This document shows positions 23,638 to 35,065 of a DNA stretch of 64,000 nucleotides, in pieces (within the stretch, counting starts at the first letter, position 1; each line of letters starts with the position of its first letter). Below the pieces are notes generated by a model, which had not been told where the DNA came from, did no database searches, and saw only the letters and a program-made list of their open reading frames with translations. A program made the position numbers and the translations under genes. This stretch comes from Saccostrea cucullata (Eukaryota). The stretch spans positions 1 to 64,000 of the forward strand of contig NW_026921836.1 of the NCBI RefSeq assembly GCF_032062105.1. The letters are read 5' to 3'.

Positions 23638-24310
23638 AATAATATCGACGACGTATTGTCAATTAACAATAGTCATTCCCATTACTACGTCGATAAGATA
23701 TATCCTGGTGAGCTTGAGATAAAAGATACAACAGAGTCTGACACATCTGTTTCATACATGGATATTTTACTTTAAAAAGACGTTAATGGTTATCTAACAA
23801 CCAAGCTATATGCTAAACATGATGACGTTCACTTTTCTATTGTCAACTTCCCTTTCTTATGCAGCAATATACCTTCATCACCTGCATACGGAGTGTATAT
23901 ATCTCAATTGATTCAATACGCTAGAGCATGCTCTACGTATGAACAATTTCTAAAACGAGGTAAATTATTGACAAGCAAGTCGATGAAACAAGAATATCAA
24001 CAGTCTTGTTTAAAGTCATCATTTTGTAAATTTTATGGACGATACAATGACCTTGTCAGCAAATACAATTTATCATTGAGCCAAATGGTGACTGACGTTT
24101 TTCATATTAATTGTGAGTTCATTATTTATACACTGAATTGACGATCATGACAAGGACGACACGGCGGGTGTGACCGGTCGACAGGGGATGCTCACTCCTC
24201 CATGGAATCTGATCCCACCTCTGATGTTTCGGAGGTCCTTGTTTGCTCTGTTACTGTTTTGTATTCTTACTGTTTTGATATTGAATACTGTTCGTTATCT
24301 CCATATCCCC
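23638..24310 (+). mobile_element. Penelope-like retroelement 3' fragment (RT C-terminus plus structured tail)
   Basis: IDDVLSINN, IYPGELEIKDTTES, YISQLIQYARAC, FYGRY; no C-terminal GIY-YIG seen, consistent with Naiad/Chlamys-type domain order (inference). Confidence 0.8.
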
Positions 24311-25479
24311 TATCACTTGTATCCTTCTTGTACTAAATGTAAAAACTCGGGGGAAAAAAAATCTTGAACCTTTATATGAAATCATTTTTTTAAAAATAAA
24401 TATAACTTGTATTACTATTCTTTGCGTTTTTAATGACTGATATGTTTTTTAAAAAGTAATGCTTAGTAAAATGAGAACACAACCTGGGGTGTGATGAGGA
24501 CTTAATGGCACCCGATGAGTTTAAGTTCTTTCTTATTCTGTTAAGAATTGATCAGTCTTGGAAACTAATATTGTTGGAATCTCGATTCAATATACCTGCC
24601 AAATGTCTTACTTTCAATTTTCAATAAAAGACATCAATCAACAAGTCTTGAAAAAGAATAGTTCATTAGACGCGAGTGCTTCGTCACTGTAACAGTACGC
24701 TTACCATTATAACGATCAATTTGATCGGAATAATGAGATCGTTATGCTATTAAAGTGGTTTATATCGTCACGTCCTATTAAGTTATTATAAGATTATGTT
24801 TATTTCTGATGTTTATTAAATTTGTAAATCAATTTTATCGACTGTGTATAATTCTGGAATTTATATGTCAGTTGTATAACTGTCATAAAATTCACTATAT
24901 TTTTTTTAACAGTTATTTTTTGGGATACAGAAGCCTAGCTTTCTTAAACAGCTGATCCTATGTTGACTTTTTCAGTTTTTCATTTCGATGAACGGTGTTG
25001 CCGTGGTTACTAAAAATAGAAATTTCTTTGAAATTCTTTCAAAATGGGGGGTCTGTGTTTATTATGCTGTGTCGTAGTACGTTACGGGGTCGATTATTTA
25101 AAGAATAATTCTTAACTCTTTAAATTTAAATAAAAATCGTTCAAAGAAGCTGTGGCTGTAAAATATTTAAATATAAGGTTATTTTTACATATTTCTAGGC
25201 CCCTTTTATTACATTAAGACCATTAAACTTATAACCTAGTAAAAATTATAATAAAGTGCATCTTTTTTAAGTTTGTAGTTTAAACAATTGTTTATTTTCC
25301 ATTTAGAATAACATCGTAAATTCAAAATTCAAAAATAAAAATTAGTTCATGTCATTTACAAATCTCAAGGTTTTTCCATACCGCGATACAATGAGACACT
25401 CCAATTCAGGAGGTATGTAAGACTTCCTGTTTTAAAATCAGACCACACATTAAACTATGCACGTTTGGATCATATTTGA

Positions 25480-25859
25480 CACGATCGTATTTATCGTATC
25501 GCGACATATCACGATTTTTTCCCAAAATATCATGATATTTTTGCAAGCAAATTTTACAATGAGTTTAAATAAATAGTCAAAGTTTTTCTTAAAACTATGC
25601 TAGAAAAAACCAAATTTCACTTTTTATGCACATAAAAGTAATCATGTCTGGAAGGTAAGATAACGGTTTTTTCACCTTTTACAACATTTTTTTTAGACTT
25701 CCTGTAATTGTAATTTGAAAGATTGAACAAATAAATGAATAATTTCTGGACTTTATAATATGTACCTAAATACCGGTATTAAGGTCTCTGTATCACGATA
25801 CGTATCACGTAACAAAAAATCGCGATATACCGGTATACCGAAAATATCGCATATCCCTA
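25480..25859. mobile_element. hAT-like MITE remnant
   Basis: CGATA/TATCG subterminal motifs and a ...ATATCCCTA end. Confidence 0.4.
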
Positions 25860-26197
25860 CAAAAAAGTTAGGCAAGAGTTAGAATTATAAGTATGACTTT
25901 ATATAAGTTAAAGTAAAAATTTACACTTTCTATGCAAAAGAATTGAGTACCGCGATGTAATGAGACAACATGAATTTTATAGCTTAAATTGTTAGGATGT
26001 TGTACATGTTTTCCTTTTTCTGAAAAATAATACAAAATCCGACTATAGTTTGTGGCGTCACAAAAACTTGTCAATAACCTACTTTGAAACTATAAAATGT
26101 TTTGTTAAATTATATTTCTCATAAAATTTCGGCAAGTGGGGGTATCTCCATATGAGAGAAGAATTGACGAAAGGGACCTTAAACAAGATACAATCAA

Positions 26198-26905
26198 TCA
26201 TATAAATACAAAAATAGGTTTGCTAATAACGGGGCGCATTTGGTACCCATGGGAAATCCAATGGATTGGTGGAAAATCTGTTCTCCATAATACTAAAACA
26301 TGAAGAGCAAGGCAAAATCTACCTGTATTATTGTCACTCTCAGTGGCCTTTCCGAGGAATAAGAATTGCGATCCATACAATATCAAAATCGGTGCAAATA
26401 TATAAATCAATGTAAATATTTGTGTCATCTGTGTAAGGTTCATAAGGAGCAACACGACCTTTTTGTTTGTCATCTGTGCACTCAGAGTCTTGTGAAATTA
26501 TTAAATTTTATATACACAAGACCACGCTCTACGTATGAACAATTTGTATAACGATATAAATTATTGAAAAGCAAGTTGATGAAGCAGGAATGTCAACAGT
26601 CTCATTTAAACTCATCATTTCGTAAGTTCTATGTTCGATACAATGATCTTGTCAGCAAATACAATTCATCATTGAGCCAAATGGTGACTGACATTTTTCA
26701 TACTAATTGACGACGGATTTTCATCGTTATTTTCCGATCATGACAAAGAGCACACAGCGGGTGTGACCGGTCAAGAGGGGATGCTCACTCCTCCATGGCA
26801 CCTGACCCCACCTCTGATGTGTCGGAGGTCCGTGTTTGCTCTGCTGCTATTTTGTATTGTTTATGGACTTTTATATTGAATACTCTTCGTTATCTCCATA
26901 TCCTT
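26198..26905. mobile_element. Penelope-like fragments: minus-strand RT core piece (26198-26292) and plus-strand 3' end (26525-26905)
   Basis: Minus strand reads IGFPMGTKCAPLLANLFLY; plus strand reads STYEQF... followed by the conserved tail. Confidence 0.75.
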
Positions 26906-26914
26906 CTTTCACTC

Positions 26915-27158
26915 TTTTAGAGACGCTATTTGCCGACGGAGGGCTACAAAGTTTTTCCTACACTAGGAACTTATGGCCATTGAGTAGTGAGGGATCTTCT
27001 TCGTGCCATCACCTACAGCGACCTTAGTTTATAGGGTCCAATCCGAAGGATCGGTCTCCAAATCCCATAGTGGGATTTGATCCCGCGACGTAAGCGTTGA
27101 CTTTTACCTCGCGATCTAAAGAGCAGACACTCGAAAAACTGCACCACACGGGCGACCA
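26915..27158 (-). mobile_element. Degenerate tRNA-derived SINE
   Basis: Similar to 56967-57314 (GGCCATTGAG...GAGGGATCTT...TCGTGCCA, ATCCGAAGGA) with a tRNA-like head. Confidence 0.6.
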
Positions 27159-27594
27159 GTAAAAGAGATATACCTTAGGAATGCGACGAAAACAGGGCTT
27201 GTACTGGTTCTGTTCAAGGCTCTGATCAAATCATTCTTATCATTTGACTTCTTGAGATTTCATAAATAGTTATTTTTTTTACATCATATTTGGTGTGAAT
27301 TGGTTAATTAATGACATTTACTACTAGATTTTTCCATTTTTTGTGACAAAGTACAAGATCATCAGTTTTACTCTCGTGTTTTATTTTTGGGTATCCCCGT
27401 ATTTTGAAGATTAATTTTTTCGTCGAGTATTGTTCCTCTTCTTTCATTCGGTATTTGATTACTGTTACTTTCTGACGAAGGGATGAAACCTCAGAGACTA
27501 GCACCCCTTTAATCTCGTTTTTAGAGCTTTCACTTTGTAAAATTACAATAATTGGCTGCGTAAAGGAATATTAATCCCTGGACATATTCACACT

Positions 27595-27810
27595 TACGTT
27601 GCGGGTTCGAATTCTGGTCCATCGGATGAGACCATAAAAACCGAGACCCCGTGTCGCAGTAGCTGCTCAGTGCTGGCACGAAATCGATCCCTCCCTGCTC
27701 AATGTCCCTAAGTGCCGCGTATAGGACAAAATTTGTAGCTCTCCAACCGCAAGTGGTAGCATTTCCATCTCTGTAGAAAAATTCTCGAGATGGATGTTCA
27801 ACAATATATA
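27595..27810 (+). mobile_element. Degenerate tRNA-derived SINE
   Basis: B box GGTTCGAATTC, then CGGATGAGACCATAAAAACCGAG...GGCACGA...TCCCTCCCTGCTCAATG. Confidence 0.7.
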
Positions 27811-28257
27811 TTCAAAATTTCAACTGTAGGTCACTGTGATCTACTTTTTCACATATATGTTTCAAGGCCCCAAGATGCATCAACGTTCAAGATTTGATGA
27901 TTGTTAACCTCTCAGTACCTAAATAAAAGAAAAGCATTAAGATTAAGGAAGTATGTCAAGGTCAAAATATAAGGAAACTTCGAATAATTGGAATCTACGT
28001 CCAAGGGGCATAAATCTGTACAAAATGGCTCACTCGAACTGTAAAAATTGATTTACATATTTTTTGTGAGAAATCTATATGCCAGTTTCATTTTAATATG
28101 TGCAACCTCTGCAAACAAAATAAACTGGAATAGCAAATAAAAAACTACATAAAACACAAAACAAAGAAATGGCGAGGCACACATTAAAATCACTTTAAAT
28201 TGTGTAACCACACAAATTAAATACTCTAATAAATTTTCTTAATTTGACCAAGATACA

Positions 28258-28599
28258 TTAATTCATAATAATATCCTCAGGCGGGTTTGTTGAAGCACTT
28301 TGACTTTCAGGAAAGTAATTTTTCCACATTGGTTCTACTATATTTATATCCATAGAGACACATGGCCTGTAGATCTGACACTTCTGTATGTAGGAGTTAT
28401 ATCCAAAACACTCACAATGTACTCCACACATCGCCGCACAAAATATCAAGGAGTCATTGTACTCCGAAAAAGCATTTTTCGACTTTTTGTTATCAAAGTC
28501 CACATTAGCAAAATAATGACGAATCACGGCCTCAGAAATCTGAAGGAAGACTGCCATCAGGAAAAGTTTTCCTAAAAATCGTCCTCTGCATCTAGACAT
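28258..28599 (-). CDS. Secreted PAN/apple-like Cys-rich protein, or first exon of a larger gene
   Basis: Signal-peptide-like LFLMAVFLQISEA; pattern SLIFCAAMC-x3-CECFGYN-x4-KC-x5-C...W..Y. Confidence 0.7.
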   Translation of the reverse strand: MSRCRGRFLGKLFLMAVFLQISEAVIRHYFANVDFDNKKSKNAFSEYNDSLIFCAAMCGVHCECFGYNSYIQKCQIYRPCVSMDINIVEPMWKNYFPESQSASTNPPEDIIMN

Positions 28600-30374
28600 A
28601 ATTTTGTGTTTGTTGGTGTTTTAAATCTTCAGGCGCGTTTTAAAATAGATCAATAAATATCCCGATAGGAAGGTCCTATTTAATTCCGCAATTGATTGGT
28701 TACTCACAATCGCAACTTCTCATGCCTGTCCAATGATCGGAAAAACAACTTCGAATGCATATGGTAGACAACATGACAAACACCCCTTTTCAAATGCATG
28801 GAGACCTTTTATCTATGGAATATGGGGTTGAACTTTATTCAATGTAATGACATTACCTAAAATAACTACAGAAGTGACTTCTACCTCCGTTTATCCAATA
28901 TTTGAATAAACAGCACATGTATGAATTTTTAAAATCCGGTGATGTTAATACATTCGAGTTTGTTTTTCCGACCTCTGACGGAGAGACCTGAGATGATGCG
29001 ATTGTGTTTACTCACAATCGTATTGGATATATTTGTTTGATCAGTCACATTGAACGCTTCTCTTGGCTGGTCCCATACTGCGGATAAGGCAGAATCATCT
29101 GAGCGTAATCTTTTCATTGTCAAAAGCAGTATAATAAATATTTGTTCCTAATGTGCACGCTCCGTAAAATGGAGAAATGACGTACAATAATTTCTGGTCT
29201 CTAAGAGCAAAGCATGGCCTTAAATTGCTGATAATATACCCCAAGGATTAGATTGATAGAAGCCGGGAAGGACATTCTGACCAATATATAACCCCTCCCC
29301 CATGTACTCCAAAAAAAGTAATTTGATTTCTTACATTTCAACTAAGAAAATATCATGCAAGTTTCGAAATATCCAGACTTTCTATCTTTTTGTGAAGGAA
29401 TCGTTTCGTAATTAATTTCAGTGTCTGAAAAAAAGAAAAGATTATACATTTATTGACTGTGTTCGAGGGTGTAACATGCGTTTAACAGCCTCAGGCAGAC
29501 AGTTTGGTTCGAAGGTCTTCAAAGCGCTTCCGTGATGTATTATCAGATCCGTCACTGTGCACACCAATGAAATCAAATGAGATTAATTAAGCTCCGCCCA
29601 TTGTGTGACGTAAGTGGTCCAACATCTCACTCAGTAGTCAAGCATATATTTTTTTATGCCCACTAAGTATAAATTTACAAATGCTAAACTTTTTCACTGA
29701 TAAATTTAAAAAGGTACAAATTAGTAAAGGTATAACAACATTTTTTTTTGTATTTAAAAAAGTAAGATCTCATTTATTTCCAAAGGTTGTCGTGTCAACA
29801 AATGGGAATTACTCCTATGCATCATAAAAGAAGAAGTAAGTTTAATTCAGAGTCGATACCAATAATAATTTCAAGATAATTACTTCGTATATACATGTAT
29901 TAAAGTAATCATAAAATCCTAATGCTACTTTTGTTTCACGGAAATGAATAATTCTAAAAATGAACAGGATTAATTAGGATCTTTCAAACTTGATGAACCA
30001 ACGTCCGTTCATGCAACGGATATTAAGTGTCTATTAAGAGGGATAAAATTGAAATATGATATTGATCACAACAAAAATCCTACGAAGAATACCTAATGGA
30101 GAGAAAAAATTCTACAGAAGGAATTGTGCAACTATACAAATGTCATAAACACTTAAAATTTCAAATCTGGAATACGATTTAAGAAGACATATAAATATCA
30201 CGCTATTAATTGTTTTAAAGAAGAATATATTTTTGAAGTAGTATTTTGGGATCTTCTGATATCTTAGTCTATTATTGTGAGGACATTCCGTAGTGAACCC
30301 CCAAGTCTTTCTGAGTAACAAACATGGCTTGATTAAAAGCATGTACATGTATAAAGCCACATTTAAAGGTAAAT

Positions 30375-30552
30375 AACCGCACACGAAGCGTAGTAGTAAG
30401 AGGGATCCTTTTTCGTGCCAGCAACTACTGCAATACTGTACATCTCGTGTTACATCAGAAAGACAGGTCTCCACGTCCTACAGATGGACTTGAACCCGCG
30501 ACTAAAGAAGCAACACCTTACTCAGCTCTAACAACTGCGCCAAACGGGCTTC
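30375..30552 (-). mobile_element. Degenerate SINE fragment
   Basis: Minus strand has TGGCGCAGTTG (A box) and GGTTCAAGTCC (B box); GAGGGATCCTTTTTCGTGCCA matches the other SINE copies. Confidence 0.55.
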
Positions 30553-30721
30553 TTAAAAATCATGGATCAAGAATTGTTCCTAGAAGTAAGCTCGGATGAA
30601 CAAATATTTTAACCAAAACCATTATTCTTAAATAAATCAACATTTTATCAATTTTAATTAGGTTTCCTTAAAATTCGACTGTTCTTTAGATCTTCAATAT
30701 TAAGTGTTATTATGTTAGCTG

Positions 30722-30947
30722 GCCCCGGGATCATGAAACATCTTAAGCTCAAGTTAAAATCTATATTTGGTAATAAAATGTCGTAGAAGTCAAGCAGAGG
30801 AAAATTAGAATGTTTTTCAATATTATTTCACAGAGGTGTTGTTGCCTGCAAAATTAAAAAAAAATTCCTTAATTAATAGATATTTTATAGGCTATTAAAA
30901 ATTTGACTGAATGACTGAAGTCTAAATTTGTTTCATGATCCCGAGGC
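30722..30947. mobile_element. PIF/Harbinger-like MITE
   Basis: TIR GCC(C/T)CGGGATCATGAAACA at both ends; 3-bp CTG on both flanks. Confidence 0.75.
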
Positions 30948-31350
30948 CTGGATTAATATGTGAGTTATCAGTAAGGATTGGTGGGGATACTTTTCTTTTT
31001 ATTTTGAAACATATGAATCCTTTCAAGATATTGGTTAGCTGATGCTGCTATTGTGCAATGCAAATTAATATACTTTGGAGGAAAATGGCGTAAAAAGCGA
31101 TTGTTTGATGTACATTCTTTTATTATCTGACGATAAAAACCCTAATGCAATTATTTGCCCTGAGAAAGAGTACATGTAGTAAGTTAGTTATCGTGAAATA
31201 TTATATAACTTTATGTATTTTACTTGAAAAAGACTTTAATTGTAATCTAACGACCGAGTTCTATGATAGACGTGATGACTTTAACTTTTCTATCGTCAAC
31301 TTCCCTTACTTATGCAGCAATATACCTTCATCACCTGCATACGAAGTGTA

Positions 31351-33541
31351 CGAGGGTTGTCCAAAAATTTCTTAGACTGAGCTCATACCTTTTAAAGGAA
31401 TAAATGTATCTTTATAAAATGTTCAGGGTGGAAAAAGCGTGTTCTTGGCAGATAAATTAGGAAGTTTATTCATGTTTACTTGAAAACTTTTCGAGTAATA
31501 AGATTTAAAGCACTCGCACCTGACGTTACTTATTTGCCTGTGATTTAAAGTATTATCGTTCTATTACACCCGAAGCAATTTGCAACGTCAAAAAAACAAA
31601 AAACAAAACAAAAACAAACATGTCAACGGTTCAAATTTTTGGAGAAAATATTTCAATTACCATAATCAAATTCTTAAATTAAACGAAACGGTTATAGTTA
31701 TAAATGTTAAATATCTTAATTATTATGATATGATCAAACATTAAAATATGTAAACAAAGCATAAACATGTACAGGTATGATAAATAATTTGAAAACGCTA
31801 TATTTCTACGGTCTTTTCGTCTGTTTTAGCTAATGGAGTTTCACAATGGAACTCTTGTCTATTTCTTAGCCCTGTCTTTTATTTTAGTTACTGTTTTTCA
31901 CATATACGTAGACAAACCGTTTTAGTCATTTTAAATACCAAGGACGAGAGAAAGTTTCCTAGTCTAACAAACATTTATGACTGGTACATTTCTGTAAGAG
32001 TGCATTCAGGATCAAAACACTTGATCAGAGTCCAGTGCGCCGCCTGACCAAACGCAGCCGCCATTTTTCAAAAAGTCGGATTTCCCATGTATATAAAACG
32101 TTATAAAATTCATATTTATAAAAACATAAACACCAAAATTTGATTAAATATAGTTAATAAAACAGTACTAAGAATGTTCATTTCCATTAAAAAAAATACA
32201 GGGTAGTACTAGTAATTACTTTCCGGTAGAATTTTAAATATAATATACCAAATTTTAATTAAAATTTTGAGTATTGCTCCGCCTTCCTACACCAGAGAAT
32301 GAAATATGTCATTTAAATAGGATTTATGTTAAAACTTTACTTGCAGACCTAGGCAGCATAGCAGTTCTGTTTGTTTCCAAAATTCATAACAGAAGACATG
32401 TTAAGTGAAAAATCTTGTCATTTATTTAAATGACGAAAAATGAAATCCATTTATAAAAACAATTACCAAAGAATTTTGGCTGGGAGACATACCAGAATCA
32501 TGGAAAGCTTGACCAGAAATGCAGTTCAATAAATGATTACAAAACAGTGGTTTCCCAGGCACAAAATTGTTACAACATACAGATGTGATAATGCGGTAAA
32601 ATACAACATCAAACTTTATTGGAAACAAAAGTGGTGCATGAAAAGCGCCTCTGGACACACAAATAAAAATTATGTGGTTAATTAAAAAAAAAATGTGGGG
32701 TATGGAGTGGAGGTGGTGGTTGCTTTTTTGTTCACAAAAATTTCGCGGCAGCACTCCGAGTAAACAAGAAGTATACAGGGACGTAGCAACGTGGGGGGGG
32801 GGGGCAGGCCCCCCACTTTTTTCCCCCAACAGTACCTTTACTATTGAAAATGTCCATTGAAATGTTAGTTGGCCCCCCACTTCTTACCACAGAATAGTAA
32901 TATGAAGGAAATGTAGTATTGTATGGGAAAAAATTGGAAGTGAAAGGAAGCTGGCCTTGAAGAAAGTTGCCCCCCCCCCACCACGAAAATAGGATTTTTG
33001 AGTTATGGCAATTTCTTTCTTTCTTTTTTTTGGGGGGGGGGGGCTTGTTAACTTTTACAGGTAAGGAAAAAAAAATTTTTTCCTCTGGTTGGTCCCCCAC
33101 TTTCAAAAACGATGCTACATGCCTGGTATATAAATAGGATGCCTTGCGCGGCAATCTGATTGGCTGAAAACAGCTAAGGCCTTGACAAAATTTATGGACG
33201 CGGTAAAAATGGTCACTGGAAGAACCGGGTTTACAAATTAAAAGGTTTTGTAAAATAACAAAAAGATAAACACATTGACAATCCACAAAAATACATACAT
33301 GAAATTTTTAACATAAATCGCTTTATTTGAAAATAAACCTTATTTAATTTGTGTAGTTACTCGATAGTTGTCCATAAATTTATTAGATAGTGCTGATTTA
33401 ATCTATATACGAAGTTTCATTAATGTATGACATAGGGTCCCTACAAAACAACGGTTTAATCTATATACGAAGTTTCATTAATGTATGACATAGGGTCCCT
33501 ACAAAACAACGCTTGTCTACGGAATTTTGGGACAACCCTCG
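31351..33541. mobile_element. Mariner-type non-autonomous DNA transposon
   Basis: TIRs CGAGGGTTGTCC(A/C)AAAATT...TAGAC with TA TSD; contains a 59-bp tandem duplication at 33396-33511. Confidence 0.88.
32776..33125. mobile_element. Nested MITE with poly-G/poly-C subterminal tracts
   Basis: Ends CAGGGACGTAGCA and TGCTACATGCCTG; GTATA on both flanks. Confidence 0.7.
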
Positions 33542-34970
33542 TATATATCTCTGTTGATTCGATACGCAAGAGCATGCTCTACGTATGAACAATTTTTTTA
33601 AAGGAGGTAAATTATTGACAAGCAAGTTGATGAAACAAGAATATCAGCAGTATCGTTTAAAATCATCATTTCGTAAGTTTTATGGTCGATACAATGACCT
33701 TGTCAGCAATACAATGCATCATTAATTGAGTCAAATGCTGACCGACTTTTTCATTCTAATTGATAGCCCATTATTTATACACTGAACTGACGACGGATTT
33801 TTTCCGTTATTTTTCGATCAGGATTTGGAGCACACGGCGGGTGTGACCGGTGAGCAGGGGATGCTCACTCCTCCATGGCACCTGATCCCATCTCTGATGT
33901 TTCGGAGGTCCGTGTTTGCTCTGCTCCTATTTTGTATTGTTTTATGGACTTTAATGTTGAATACTGTTCATTATCTCCATAATCTTCTGTTTGAAAGCCA
34001 GTAATTTGATTGGTACAGCTAATAGCGAATAATTACTCGCACTAGCTGCCGCATTTTAACTTTCGTTTCAGTCAAAAGTATATATGAAAAACGAAAGTCT
34101 GTCAGTTGTAGTGAAGAATATTTAAAACTCTGAGGCTGAGAATACAAAACGATTAACAAGGATTCCTGTTAAGGTCTTTCCACCCTCAAAACTTTAATGT
34201 TTCGAAATACAAAAACTGCGTTTATTTTTATTCAATATAGTTCAAATTTACTAATTATTGCAAAAAATGTATAGGTTGCCATAATATTTAAAATAGGAGA
34301 CATGATATACAGAAGTGTATGTCAACATTTAAAAAAGTACAGTGTTTGTTAATAATATGATAAAAATTATGTAAAAACTGGTTCAAATGCGTAATTCCGA
34401 TGCTGAAAATACTTGCTACCGATAAGAAACTTATGTATTGTAAATACCAGGGAAACTACTTTACATAAGAAGACTATAAGAAAATGCCCAAATGAAGATA
34501 CATGAGAAAAGGTTATTGTCCTTGTCAACATTTTGAAATTTTTACTCAATAATATTTATCATTAAACCTTTTGAAAAGCATTCTTATCAAAATTATTGTT
34601 CTACTTGGCATGAAGTTTAGTGGAAAAGTCGAATTCAACCATAAAATAGTATGCCCTTGATGACATAGGTTTTTGTAAAAAAAATTAATTAATAAATGCT
34701 CCCTACACTTCTAAAATATTGAACGTGCAAACTCATTTTTGAGCTGTTTTTACATCAAAATTCAAATTGGTTTAAGTGATTATTACATTTAGAAATTGTT
34801 TAGAGATATTGACCTTCTTTAATGTAGTACTTTGAAGGGTAATTATTTCCACCACATGAAGTGACCTTTTAGATATATTAAATCTACATTAACTTCAAAG
34901 GACACAGGACCAACGATCTATAAGTGACATTTAACATTTCGATAGTTAATTGTTATGAAATAAGCGGTTC

Positions 34971-34981
34971 TTTATATATAA
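34971..34981 (+). promoter_or_regulatory. Candidate TATA box of the orphan gene (paralogous site at ~45868)
   Basis: TTATATATAA about 90 bp upstream of the ATG, present in both copies. Confidence 0.4.
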
Positions 34982-35065
34982 TCTACTTGTAGTATCCCGC
35001 CCATTCCTACCAGACGTAACTTTGATTTCGTTACTTCTATAGCGGCAGAGATAATTCGGAACAAG

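Larger units (their letters stand above)
31212..33982 (+). mobile_element. Penelope-like 3' fragment split by a mariner-type MITE
   Basis: ...NFPYLCSNIPSSPAYEVY stops at the insertion and resumes at 33542 as YISLLIRYARAC, then the structured tail. Confidence 0.85.

Noticed and set aside
24120-24310. SECIS element in the Penelope-like tail
   Set aside because: No convincing AUGA/GA quartet with an apical AA loop was found by eye, and the copies are too degraded to interpret TGA codons.
27472-27505. Minimal hammerhead-like CTGACGA-AGGGAT-GAAAC
   Set aside because: No plausible stem I, stem III or cleavage triplet.
32422-33286. ORFs of 152 and 184 aa
   Set aside because: They run through MITE poly-G/C tracts and have no recognisable domain.
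33990-34190. Possible Crypton 5' fragment
   Set aside because: Only faint resemblance to the start of the 53.4 kb element; too short and degraded to call.
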